Assembly: GCF_009914755.1 (NCBI RefSeq)
Contig: NC_060942.1
Source: the human T2T-CHM13v2.0 reference genome, Homo sapiens
Direction: 5' to 3' (one strand)
DNA: 64,000 bases
Below the pieces are notes generated by a model. The model saw only the letters and a program-made list of their open reading frames with translations, did not search any database and was not told where the DNA came from. The number at the start of each line of letters is the position of its first letter. The stretch's first letter is position 1. The position numbers and the translations under genes are program-made. Shown piece by piece: positions 38,098 to 56,244 of this stretch.

Positions 38098-39699
38098 ACC
38101 TTTTAAAAGTAAGCATGTTATATTTATATTTTTTGATAGAGAATAATAAAGTGAATGTGTATTTAATTACATTATTATTTTGTTATTTGAGGTGAAAAAT
38201 CAGGACCTAGTGACCTAGAAATTACAGAAAGTAAGAAATAGCAAAAACCTATTGTTAAGGAGTTTATAAATAGGAGGAAATAAAAAGAGTATTGCCAATT
38301 CCGATAATGCCAAGTACTATGGTCTATATTTTAACCTTGACGTGTACCAGGATTTTCACACAATAGGATGAAAAATTATTAAAAAAATAACACAAGGCAA
38401 AAGAAACTGAAGAAAAATCAGGTAGTGATTGGATATTGATTATTCAGAGTTCTTTAGTTGATTTTTTATATATATAAACTTTTTCTGTCTGGGTAGAAAA
38501 TGTACTGCTGAATTTGTTGAAATATCATTTCTCCACAGTTTCACTCATTTCTCTTGGTACAGTACTGATTTTTTTTCTCAGTATTCAATATTATTATTCC
38601 TCTTCGATCTCTGTCTCCCAGTAGTACAATGCTTCTTGAGGTCTGGCTGTTACAAATGCTAGTGGAGTATTAAAATGTTGAATATTTTAGGTTGTGAGCT
38701 CATTACAGCTGTCCTCTCAGAAGGTTGATTGCTCTAAAGTAACAACAACAAAAATGGTAATGGCTAATTTTCTAGAAATCTGAGAAGGTACAGCCAGGAC
38801 AGGTGATGTTCCTGTCATCAGCTGCTCCAGGCAGTCCCATTTCTCCAAGCAATGGCATAAGTGATTTTAAAGAGGGAATACGGCAGTTCTATAATACAGG
38901 ATGCATTATTCCACTAATGCTGAGGCTCAGGGCCACAAAAGAGAAATCCTTTTTTTTTTTTTTAACAATTCTAGCTGCTGAAAGCACTGGAAAGAATCAA
39001 TTCAAGTCTATAGGAAATTCTTATGTGACCCTGAGGCGGTGTGATAAAGGGCTCCCTTTGTCATAAATGTCCCCATTTTAATTGCAAAATTGCTTCATTA
39101 AAAACATGTTGTATTTCATTTGCTTTCTTCCAGTCAATATATGTGACAAAAATCATATCATCGTATCACTTATGATATTCCTGAGTTAATGTTTTCAAAG
39201 TTGTTGTGAAAGAAAATGACAGCAGTTTTTTGCCTATTTGTTCATCTTTCTGCCACATTTCTGTTACTTCAACAAAGAGCAGCTGGCCCATTAAAACCAG
39301 CCATGAAAAATGGTGTTATATTTGATCCTGTGTTTATGCTATTTTTTCTTTTTCTGACTTTTTTTATATCTCTGCTTCACTATAAGTCCAAATGTAGAAT
39401 TATATATACATACATATTTATTTTTTTCTATTCCACGAGTATTTGAATATCTATTCTTTGTTTAGGATTGTTGTAGTTACAAAGGAAGTACACATACCAT
39501 TTTCATTGGTAGGCTATGACATTGCACACACACGAGAAAGGATCAGAAGAAAATATAAGAAAGTTGGTGGCTGAAAGACAAAGTAATGAAGATTGATAGA
39601 TTTTTTTCACATAGGATGAGATATGTGTGAGATAAATATGGACCTACATAATTCAGTAAAGTTCTGTTGAGATTTCAGAAGTTAAGAAAAACCTTGAAT

Positions 39700-39912
39700 G
39701 TAGCTAATAAATCATTTACATTGAGCTTTACTCTTTTATGCACATTATCTTGTTTGATCCTCACTAATACTTTATGATAAGTAAAGACAGTCATGGTTAT
39801 TTTAAATATTACTTTGCAAAGAAGTTCAGCAATTTGCCTGAGTTAGTAAGTGACAGAAGTAGAACCCAGATCTCGGTCTCCTGTGTTGAAATGCTGAATG
39901 CTCTCCATTATA
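39700..39912 (-). mobile_element. MIR
   Basis: 'attatcttgtttgatcctcac...ttagtaagtgacagaagtagaacccag'. Confidence 0.7.
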
Positions 39913-40334
39913 CCAAAGTGAGCAGTAGAGGGACGTTGGGCAGTTTGCATTAGAGAACCAGTAGAGAGGCAGAAGTGATTGCGACATGCCTAGGATAAAG
40001 TGGATGTAATAAGATACTATGCTGGGCACTAGAGAATAATGTTAATATTCCAAAATAACCCATTTATTCAGCAGCCATAATAAATGACTCTTTATCCAGA
40101 ATGGCTGGCTCTTTTAGATGAACAGTGTTCTCAGAATTAGGCCGGGATGTTGTATGTCTACACAATTTCTATTCAATACTTCAAATTCTTGCCTTTAAAA
40201 GTAATACCATCATCAAAGTCACACATTAATAACAAAAGCATAACAATGTCCTTGAAACTGTCTGTTACTATCCACACCAGCTTAACTGTGTCACCAGATG
40301 GACACCACGACATCATCAATGGGTCACTTAGAGC

Positions 40335-41755
<1,421 letters not shown>

Positions 41756-42169
41756 GTAACATCTTCTTGGAGGAGGACAAGAGTGGTTCAGTTTGCCCAT
41801 AGTTGGTCTAAGAATACAAAGGGGGACATAAGCCCTGTTCTCAGAGGACTTACCTTTTAGAGAAACGTGTTTAGCAATGTGCAGCAATGTCCTCTCAGAG
41901 TAAAGAGGTTTGTGTCAGTATTTTAAGGCCCTGTGGAAATAGTGAAATGCCCAGTACCATGTGGTGCTCGTTCATTCCAGGAGGGTAAGCCTTTCCGTAA
42001 ACCTCTTTAGCCTTCTCGGAGATGTGTTTTTGCTTTGAATCCTTACCCCTGGCTTATTTCTCACAGTTTTCCTTGCTGCATCATTTGGATCAATGAGGCT
42101 CTCACTGCTCTTTGGATGAGTCCTGGCTCTTCACCCTGCCAATGTTCTTTGATGGGTGCAGTGCAGCGC

Positions 42170-42300
42170 CTGGAGTGTTGGTATAGACCTCTTTTAACCT
42201 CCACTTCCAACCTTTCTGATTTATATCCTGGGGCAAGTTATTTTCCCCCGGTCCAGTATCTTCATTTGCTGTAAAATGTAGGTTATCGTGTGTTTTCAAA
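42170..42300 (+). mobile_element. MIR
   Basis: 'tcctggggcaagttattt...cagtatcttcatttgctgtaaaatg'. Confidence 0.6.
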
Positions 42301-42534
42301 GTTATTTGGAAAAATAAAAAAGAATAATCATTAGAAGCATTGCCTCCCTGTTCTATGCTCCAACTCCGCACAGCCTGATTTTAAGTCCCTATTTACTTTA
42401 ACAGCTGCTGCTGCTTTTAGTAATGGTAAAGGATGCAAGAAAAAATGCCTATTGAAAGCAAGAATTTTTTTTAAAAAATCGGGTCTTCTGAATTATCCAG
42501 AATGCTCCTATTTAAATGTTTCATCTTAAGTATC

Positions 42535-42668
42535 ACTTTTTATTTAATAGAGGTGGTCTCATTCTTTTGCACAGACTGGCCTTGAACTCCTGACCTCATG
42601 CAATCCTCTCAACCTTCCCACTTCTGCAGCAGCTGGGACTACAAGTGTGCACTACTATGCTGGGCTTA
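42535..42668 (-). mobile_element. FLAM/FRAM Alu monomer
   Basis: 'tagaggtggtctc...cttgaactcctgacctcatgcaatcct...agctgggactaca'. Confidence 0.75.
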
Positions 42669-43251
42669 CCTTTTTTTTTTTTTTAATTTTACTCAAGGTA
42701 TGTTAGGGTTTATATATTCATCTGCAGTTGCCACTTTGAAATTCCAATGATAGCTACAGACCACAATAACTTCCTGTCCTGGCCAAGGTATGAACTTTCA
42801 TGGTATCCATCGGGTGGTTAGGCAGTGGGTTCTTCTTGTGGGAAGGGATATACTATTTGGAAGTGTTACTTTCCAATGGACTTCTCTGGTGGTGATTACT
42901 GATAATCATTAAAACGTAGACAAACCTAAACTCCAACACAACTAGTGAGTTTTGACATATTGTCAGCTGCTATCCTCGCTGGGGTTATGGGTTGTGCCTG
43001 AGGAAGTGGATGGGGTGGGTGATGGGAAGTCGTTTGTGGAAGCAGTGATAGGGAGGGGGTGTAAAAAAGTCTAACCTAAAATATACATTATAGACTTTAA
43101 CTCATGATATCCTTTTAATAAAGATAATATTGTCCACATTTTAAAGATGAGAAAATTGAATTTTAGAGAGCTTAGTTACTCAAAATCACACAACTGGATT
43201 CCTATTCAGGCCAGTCTGACTCCAAAATCCTTAAATACTGGGGCAGGGTGT

Positions 43252-43337
43252 GATTATGTCCAGCTGGTGAGGCCCACTTGGTCAAGGACTCTGACTTGGT
43301 CCTAGATCAAGTGGGCCTCAACCAGCTGGATATAATC
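43252..43337. repeat. Inverted repeat / hairpin, ~38-bp arms and 9-nt loop
   Basis: gattatgtccagctggtgaggcccacttggtcaaggac ... gtcctagatcaagtgggcctcaaccagctggatataatc. Confidence 0.93.
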
Positions 43338-43867
43338 TGTTCAGATTCTGACCCTTGCTCTTATACTCATTTTGGATGTCACATTCTCTCATTCTTATAA
43401 TTCTCACTCAGGACTGTACAAACATGTGGTTTCTAACATGGCTCTCTTGGCCCACCCTTGACTCACTAGCCTAGAGCTGCCATGCATAGTGACCAGCGCT
43501 GAGCATTGCACATGGCACTAGCCAAGGCTCACCTCTCATCAAAATGCTTATGCAGAGAGGGTACTTCTAATACTCACAAAAATATTCTAATACACACAAA
43601 AATAGTTTTTCATATTCACTGACATAGCTCTTTCTACTCTGGAAGAGGCTAATGGTGGCCCAGAGGACTATTAGTTGTGTTGGAGTTTAGGTTTCTCTCT
43701 CTTTTAATGAATGAATTAGGGATGGCCGTTTACATAGTGGATATAGAAGAATTAGAAGAAAAGTTGCTGTCCGTAGACCTCCTCCTCTGCATTCATTAGG
43801 TAATGAGAATACAGACATCTTATCCAGAAAAAAAGGTTGTTTATGAGTAATTGCAACAATTCAGAGG

Positions 43868-44045
43868 GCTGGGGTTCTTAAAGTTGTCCCAGGACCAAGC
43901 AGCCTTGTTGTCACCTGGAACTTGTAAGAAATGCAAACTTCAGGGGCCCAGACCTACAGAATCAGAAACTCTGGAGTGAGGACCCAGTGATTTGGTTTAA
44001 CAAGCCCTTCAGGTGATGCTGCTACCTGTTCAATGCAAGACCATG
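43868..44045. mobile_element. MER5A hAT MITE
   Basis: 'agaaatgcaaacttcagg...cccagacctacagaatcagaaactctgg...tttaacaagccc'. Confidence 0.82.
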
Positions 44046-44281
44046 AGCCAGTTGATGAGATACTACTTAAGTTCTGATGTGTTTAACCTGTGTCAGGACT
44101 TGGACATCTTCTAGAGTAGTATCTACAGAAACAACATGTTGTGAACTTTGAAACTGTCATTGTCATACAGGAATAGTTTTAAGTAAGAATCCATATCTGT
44201 GGATGCCTTATACTTAGGCAACACTGTCAAAAATGAAATAAAATGAAATATCTGTACTTTGGAGCAGAAAGTATGATTCAA

Positions 44282-46268
<1,987 letters not shown>

Positions 46269-48509
46269 ACCTACCCAATTGAAAACAGGGAGATGATTGT
46301 GAGCATAGTGCTGATAGTCAAGGTAAAGAACACTATAGACATTTTCCTAGAAGTGTTAGTCCAGAATTAGGTGACACTAATTAATAAGCAAAGTGCACTC
46401 ATATTTAGAACCAGGCTCATAACCAGTATGACATCACTCATCAGTAAGGGGCAAGAATAATAAAGCCTTCGAGCTTTGGTCTACAATTATCTGGGAGCAT
46501 GTTGCACGGAAGGAGTTGCTATGTGTGCATTAGCTTTCACCTGGGGCTGATACCAATCTGTTGGTGGTGACTACCTGGAGTACTGTCTTGTGGAGATCTG
46601 TGGCTCCTCCCAGACTCCATGGATATACTATTGATTTGAATTAATTTGAATTTGAATTAATCTATAATAGCTCAGAGGAGTGAGAGATGGCCTGGTGCTA
46701 GAATGGATATAGTTTCTTGTCTCAATAATTTGAGTCATTGATTTTTTTGTCTTGGCCTCAGGAAGGAAACTGGCAGAGAAAATTCAATTTATTAAACAAT
46801 TGTATGCAAGGAACTCTGATAGGCATTGTTAACATGAAGACTCTGCTCTTGGCTTTTCTATTTTCATTGTTTTGGTTGGATACCTAAATTCTGGGTTTGA
46901 TCTTAGGATGCAGCCATCATTTTTCATTGCTTGTGCCTGACTTGACTCTCATGAGATGGTCCATGCCTTTATTTCCTTCCCAGCGACCCATTTCTTTCTG
47001 AATTGGAATCTTATTTTTGGGCTTTGCACCCTATTCAGGAGATGTAGGACCTCAAAATCTGAGGCTGGGTCTCTGTGCCCTTCTGCCATTATCTCTCCAT
47101 CATTCCAAGCTTCCTTCTGCCTTTCCCCAAGACTCTGTCTGCGATTTAGCATTAACCATCTGGAACGGCAACTGCCTGACTGCTGGGCTTCCTCATGTTT
47201 CCTGTTCTTTAGACTTTCTTGGCCCTTTTGTCTAGGCCCAGTGGGTCTGCTTGTCCTGACCCAATAATTCCTTATTGGGCCAAGCCTGCCACAAAACAAA
47301 CCCTCGTTCTCACATAAAACCATCGGAGAAATTAAGAAATTAGGAGTTCTCAACTATCTTTAGCAAGATTAGATCACAATCACTTCAAACAAATCTTACA
47401 CTAAATGCTATAACACATCGGACCTAATTATATTCTCACAGAACAATGGTAAGTAGTGAAAGTAATTTGGAAAAAGCAATGTCGGAGAGTTTTTTAAGAG
47501 AGAGAACATATGAGGTCACAAATCTGTGGACATGTCCAAGGGCAGTCTGCAGGTTGCAGGTTAGACAGGCAAGTAAACAATTAGAGAAGCAGAGCTTATA
47601 ATGGTTGGAAATAATAAAGAATTTGTTCCTTTCCTATTATGACACTAGCTTAGAAAGCTTTGGTTTATAAAAATGAAACTCAAGCACTTTTTGTTCTGAT
47701 GTCGTAACTTCGTCTATCATCTATCTTTAGGCTCTCAAATACTTTATATATTAGTTCCTCTCTGTTTCTTTGCTACAGTTAAATTGGAATGTTTTCCTGC
47801 TCTACTCTAATTCATATTGGGAGCCATGTAGAACACTTACAAAAGGCTTTAAAAATAATGTGTTGGAGAAATGCAAAGTCTTAAATAGAAAGTTTTTTTT
47901 TGTTTGTTTTGTTTCTGGTGTTTCCACCATATTTTAGTGACAGATATTCCAGGACAAAGATGCATTATTTACCCTTTTAGGATTATTATGTTTACTTCAT
48001 TAGAAGGAAGTTTATACATGGATAAATAAGTACACTAACCTCTTAACCATTCATGTTACTATTAGTTAACATCATGGTGATTTTTTACAAGTTACTGAGA
48101 TATGGCAATGAACAAATGATTGAATGTTATTTTCAGAACTTATCCAGAAGGCGGCTATCATCCTAGGTATCTGTTTAACATGTAATGCTAGACATAAATA
48201 TACATGTCATTGGGGCAAATAGCAATATGTGGAATATACAAACAGAATTGTTAAAGAAAGTTGGATATCATAAAGTAAATCTATTGAGTAGACACATGAG
48301 AATTTCAGAGACTTTGAGTATTAGAATAAACATTTCCTAAAGGAAAAATACAACAGATTTTCAGTTTGTCAAATGCTTGAGCTGTGAAAAAGCCAGGCCA
48401 GAATAATCATATTATCTCAGATCAGCACAGATCCAGTAGAGGGGCTAACTGCTTTCCACTATGGTGCTACAAAAGCGAGAGTCATTTAATTTTCTTCTCC
48501 ATTTGTTCA

Positions 48510-48865
48510 CTTTTATTTTTTTAAAAATAAATTTTATTGTGTATATATTTTTTGAAAATCAATTTTATTGTGTATATTGTGTATATTTGTATATATTTGT
48601 GTTGACAACATGATGTGATGGGGTACATTTCTTTAGTAAAATGGTTGCTATAGTGACGAGTTAACATATATATAATTTCACATAGTTACTTTTCTGTGTG
48701 TCACAAGAACAGCTAAAATCTACTTATTTAATAAAAGTTCCTAATACAACACGATTGTATTAACTTTAGTCCTCATGTCGTACATTAGAGCTCTAAACTT
48801 GTTCATCCTACATATGTTATTTTGTATTCTTTGACCTATACTTTACCATTTCTTCTCCCCCATTT
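48510..48865 (-). mobile_element. L1MA8/9-like 3' end
   Basis: 'tattaactttagtcctcatgtcgtacattagagctctaaacttgttcatcct'. Confidence 0.8.
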
Positions 48866-48952
48866 TAATTTTTTAAAAGCTTAGTTTAAGCTCAAAATTT
48901 TTCCATGTATTTTGCTTGTTAGTAGCAGTTTTAGTAGCAAGCTATAATTTAA

Positions 48953-49390
<438 letters not shown>

Positions 49391-52300
49391 TAAAACGAAG
49401 GAAACAGAGAATGGATTGTTCTAAGTTGTTTGTAGGTAAGTACATGAATCTGGGCTCCTCTGTCTGATCTTGGCTTTTGATGACTTCCCCAGGTTGAGGA
49501 AGCCATCTGAGGACAATAAAGAGGGAAAGGTTAACAAAAACATCCAAAAACAATCCACAAAACTTGGCCTGATTAGAATTGGGTTCTAGGGAATAGACCA
49601 AAGCCCAGCCAACTGCAGAGTCAGTGCTGCTCAGCTGATGTCCAGGTCGTGCCCTTGAGTGAGCATCCTCATTCACAGGCAAAACAAGGTATCTGCTTCT
49701 GTTTCTGACTTGAGTACCATCAAAAGCCATTTTACCTGTAAAAACAAACGAACAAAACCCCACAAAAAAATCACTGTTTTCTATCCTAGCATATTTTTAT
49801 TCTTCATGTTATTCATTCCTTTGATTTATCCCACTATGGGTTAATGCCAAAATAACACTTTAGGAGTAAGAGATGAGAAATATAAAATTGTCACCAGATT
49901 CAGCAACTTGGCATGAATTAACGTTCAACATCAGAACTGAACAAGTTTATCTCATTCTATAACCAGTCACTCTCTAGGACACCCATAGAATGGGACATAA
50001 GGCAGGATGTTTAGAAAAGAAAGGGGAAGAAAGGCCAAAGTTGGAAGCAAGGGCATTACAGAGCAGAACCAGCTGGGGAGTTTAGGAAAAAAAAAAAAAA
50101 GAAAATTATCTGAAATCTGAACTAAAACAAACATGAAGTTGCTTAGTTTTGTCCAGACTCTGATTCCATTTGTTGTTTTCTAAAAAGCTACCATTTTCTT
50201 CCATCATCTGGCAAAGTGAAAAGAAAATGGGAAGTTTATATCTGTAAAGTCTAGGTATTCATTGTATAATATCAAGGAGTATGTTTTGTGTTGTTGCCGT
50301 AATTATAGTAGTTAAATAACTGTTTAATTATATTCATATACAATTAAATGATAAGCAAATATTTAGGAGTACAAATAATTTTAATATTTTACCATTACAT
50401 ACTTATTGAAGCATTGGTTTTATTAAACTTTCAAAGTAATATGGCAAAAAGGTGGCCACATACCAAATAGTATCATACATTTCTTAGAATCTCTCCTAGC
50501 AAATAAACCTACAATTAAATTTAGAGTATGAGTCAGTTGAAAAGACAATTTAATTTTTTTGCCATAGAATTAAAATATTTCTGAGAAGTCAGAGTGCTTT
50601 GCAATGTTTGGTGAATAATTTACATAATTCCGGAATAATGTCTCACTTATGGAGAATACACCTACCACTTCCTTCGGTAAACAGAAATAGAGTCTATGGT
50701 TTCTAGAATCACTTTGTTTTATCCTTTTTCATTCCTTTGCAAATTGAGCAAACCTGAATAAACAGTAGGTTCTTTCATAGTGCTTCATTTACAGATTTAT
50801 GTGATATATATTTTCATCACATTGTAAAAACTGGAGAATATCTCATCTGTATATAGAACATAATTATCTGAGAGAATCTAAAGATCACAGCCTAACCTTA
50901 TTTTTACAGGGTAATACTTCCTCTGACATCTTAAAGTTTGCTTCTGTGTCTAGGAAACTCAATTAATATAACTCCTGGATTCTCTTCACTCATTCCAGGA
51001 TCATTTATTTTATTAGCAAATTTGGGAAAGAATAATTAGAGTTGTATATCATGTATTTAATGTTATATTTGAGAATATTTAATTTTGCACCAAAAACAAA
51101 ACCCAGAAAAGTAATGGGATGGATGAAACTGATAGTCTCCATTTGTTACAAATTGTGAAGTTGGAAGCTTGTATAACCTGTCTAAGACAAAATAAGTGAA
51201 AGATGTGGGTCGAACATAGATGAAGAATGGAACAAATGAGAGTGCCGCCTGTAGATAGAAATGGAAGAACCAAGTAAATATTAAATATTAGCAAAGCACA
51301 GAACATGTTACGTCTACAGTGACAACCAAATCATTCCTAAATCAACCATTTATTGGTGACACAAAGTCTGGCCCCAACTGTATGCTGATGCGGAAATTCA
51401 GAAATAAGGCCTGGCTGCTCGGTAGGTTGTAGATAGCTACAGCTGTGGCCAAGCATACTTGCGTCCTCATTTCTCCAATACCACAAGCACGTGTTGGCTC
51501 CAGGCACTATCTACCTGTTGGGACCTGTTGTTCAGTCTCAACCCTGGTCTTTGTAATCACAGCATCAGCAGGAAAGGCTGATGTGGAGAGAAATAGGACA
51601 TATGAACGTTGCATAATCCTGGACTCAGTAGTGTGGTCCTTCCATATCCACCATATCTTATCCCATCTTGTTCCTCTGCTTGTTTCTATATGTTTTAAAA
51701 TTGATTTAATACATTGCATGAGTTGAGCATCTTAACATGATACATAAGACTTGTTGTTCTGTAACTTTTTAGATAGTTTGTGTGGTATTGTACTTGGAGA
51801 CTACCATTAGGCAAGGTAAAATTTCTCCTAATACAGGTAGCTCACTCAGTCACGCTTTTCTTACTTTGGGGATCTAGCTGCTCAGAGAGAACAGATGTTC
51901 CACAGCTGTCCCCAGGAACAAGCTCTTCTGCTGCAACAGGGAGGCCTGCCAGACTTGACCCCTGAATAGGGAAGTCTGTCTAGTCCTTGCTCGTTTCATT
52001 CTCACACCAGCTAGGCCCTCTGACTTAAGCTTTATAGATAATAAAGATAATATTTTGACCTCCCACCTGTCACTATTTAATTTTGTTTTTCAATTTATTC
52101 AGCACGTGGGTACAAAAAAGCAATAACATTTGTTGGACCCATTTAGGCTTTCCAAGCTTTCCTCACCTTAGAATTGGGGTCACTGAGGCCAAAGTAGGCC
52201 AAGGAACATTTAGACTGTCCTTGTTACCAGGGCGGGTATAGTAGCATTCTTGTTTCTTTAAGATCAAACATGGAGGTATGGGCTCCTGCTGGGACTCTCT

Positions 52301-53387
52301 GTTGCTCTGTTGTGTTTCAGGTGGGCTGCATCAAATTGGGGCCTTAGTGGTCGCTCTTGTCCTGTATCCTCTGGATGTGGAAGGCTCATGCCCAACACAT
52401 CTAAAGGACCTAACCCATGGGCCCCAGGTTATCCTGTCCTGGGCTTAATTATCTTCTCCAGTCTGCTCATGTGTCCTATGGCCAATTATGGCTGTATTTC
52501 CATCCAGACTTATGGAAGCTTATTTTTTTCTACCTCCTACATTATGTGAACACTGGCTCTGAGTTAATCCTGAGATTAACTGAGGCTGAGTCAAACCAGT
52601 GCCTTGTTTCTTCAGGAGCCAGCAGTATAATCCTTTGACATTTTCCTGTAGTTATGTAATCCCTTGACATCTCTCTTGTAGGTCAGTTTTATGCTAAGAT
52701 GATAACACTTCACTTGTTTTCAAGTACATGGTCTCTCCTAGACTGCTTTCAAAATCTTAGTTTCCTGACTTTAAGATGCTATCCTCTCTGCTCTTTCTTC
52801 ATTCCATTTCCTTCCACTCAAGGAAGTGGTAGAATTTTACTCCTGAGTTTTCTAGGAAAAAGCAGCTTTCCAAATAAAATGCTTAAAACAGTTTATTTAC
52901 TAGTAACAAGGAAATTAGTACCTTCTCTTACCTTTAATTTCAGATCTATCAGTTACTCACCTCCAACATTACCCAATTTCTTTGTCCTTAAAGTGTTCAT
53001 TTTACTTCAAAACCTGTTGCTATCAGTGAGAATAATGACTGCATTTTGCTTATTTATGGCTTCTAGGGCCTAGCACAATTCCTGGCTTAGTAAGGAGGAA
53101 ATATATCATAGTGATTAAGAGCTGTTAGAGAAAATATATACCTATATATTTGTCACTCAATTTCTATTTTTCTTTTTCTAAAACAGCATCCCAATGTTTC
53201 TCTATGGGAAATACTATTGTCCCTGTTAAATATCATCTATTAGGGCTGTTATTCCTGGTGCCCAAGGTATGGTGTGTGCTAGGTCAGCTGTACACTCTCT
53301 CCCTGAATTTCAGAGATTTTAAAACCCCTGAAATTTGTTGGAGGTGATTGGTCACAGAGACAACACCCTATAGAGACAGTATACTAG

Positions 53388-53570
53388 TTCTTTTTCAACT
53401 TCATTGAGGTAAAATTTACATAATATGCAACTAACTATTGTAAAGTGAATAATTCAGTAGTATTTAGTGCATTCACAATGTTGTGTAACCACCACCTATC
53501 TCTAGTTTCAAAACTTTTTCATCACCCCAGAAGGTGACACTGCCTATTGGGCAATCACTTCTGATTATTT
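53388..53570 (-). mobile_element. L1MB 3' end
   Basis: 'ttcattgaggtaaaatttacataat...attcacaatgttgtgtaaccaccacc...ttcatcacccca'. Confidence 0.8.
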
Positions 53571-54061
53571 ATTTCAGCAGTTCTTCACCTGTTGTTATTT
53601 CTGGTTCTTCTGTGTTCCCTCCACTGCTGTGAACTGCTCCAAATCCTTATGACAATTCCTCTTCTACTTAAGCTATTCAAAATCACCTTCTCTTGCTTGC
53701 AACAAAATAATTCTAACGAACATGAGATTATAGGTTTTGGAATCAGACAAGTTTCTTCAATGTAAATTGTAATTTTCAGGATTAAATGAGGTAATTTATG
53801 TAAGGCAGGTGGAATAGCCATAACGTAGAGTATATACTAAATAAATGATAGGTATAGGTATTAATATTATTATTATTAGGTACTAGATGGCCATTTAATA
53901 AATAAATTATGACTCAATAAAGTGATCTTCCCTATGGTGCAGTTACAGTAACTGAATTTGATCAAATCTAGATTGGGTAGGTAACAGGACTAGGCAGACC
54001 AGATATAAAAGTACTTGTGCTTGGCAAGGAAGATGAAGAAAGTGATAAAGAAATAAATACT

Positions 54062-55071
<1,010 letters not shown>

Positions 55072-56244
55072 TAGGAAAAGCTCTTCTGGACATTGGCCTT
55101 GGCAAAGAATTCATGACTAAGACCTTAAAAGCAAATGCAGCAAAACTGGACAAGTAGGACGTAATTAAACTATAAAGCTTTAGCACAGCAAAATAAATTG
55201 TCAATAGAGTTAACAGACATCTTGAAGAATGGGAGAAAATATTTGCAAACTGTGCATCTAGTAAAGGACTAATATCCAGACTCTAGAAGGAACTCAAACA
55301 TTTCAACAACAAACAACAAAAAACAAACAAATAACCCCATTGAAAAGTGGGTAAAGGACGTGAATAGACATTTTTCAAAGGAAGACATACAAAATGACTA
55401 AGAAGCGTATGAAAAATGGTCTATATGACCAATAATCAGAGAAATTAAATTTAAAACTACAATGAGATACGATCTCATACCAGTCAGAATGGCTATTATT
55501 AAAAAGACAAAAAAGAGATGTTGGTGAGGATGCAGAGAAAAGGGAAGGCTTATACACCGGGAATGGTTGGTGGGAATGGAAAGTAGCACAACCTCAATGG
55601 AAAACCATATGGAGACTTCTCAACTAAAAATACAACTACTACTCAATCCAGTAATCTCATTACTGGAGATCTACCCAGAGAAAAAGAAATTATTATACCA
55701 AAAAGATACCTGTACTCATATGTTTATCAGCATAATTCACAATAGCAAAGATATGGAATTATCCTAAGTGTCCATTAATGGATGACTAGATAAAGAAAAT
55801 GTCCTATGTGCATATATATATATATATATGAAAGTTGGAGATATATATATATATGAAAGTTGGAGATATATATATATATTCCACACTATGGAATACTATT
55901 TGGCCATAAAAAAGAATGAAGTCATGTCTTTTGCGGCAACCTGGGTGGAACTAGAGGTCATTATTTAAGTGAAATAACTCAGAAACAGAAAAAGTCAAAT
56001 TCTGCATGCTCTCATGTATAAGTGGGAGCTAAATAATGTAACACGTGGACATAGAGTGTGGAATAATAGACACTGGAGGCTGGGAGGGGTGGGACAGTGA
56101 GAAGGGGGTGAGGGATGAGAAATTACTTAATGGGTACAATGTTGACTATTTGGATGATGGCTTCACCACTATGCAATATGTCCACGTGAAAAAGCTACAC
56201 TTGCTCCCCCTAAATTTACAATAAAAAAGAAAGAAAGAAAGAAA
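55072..56244 (+). mobile_element. L1PB4-like 3' segment with tail
   Basis: 'taggaaaagctcttctggacattggcc...gagggatgagaaattacttaatgggtacaatg', A/GAAA tail; TSD aaaga(a/t)ataaatact at 54047 and 56245. Confidence 0.9.

Noticed and set aside
52090-52640. Possible old ERVL LTR
   Set aside because: LTR-like texture and a ...gaca end, but family and boundaries could not be supported.
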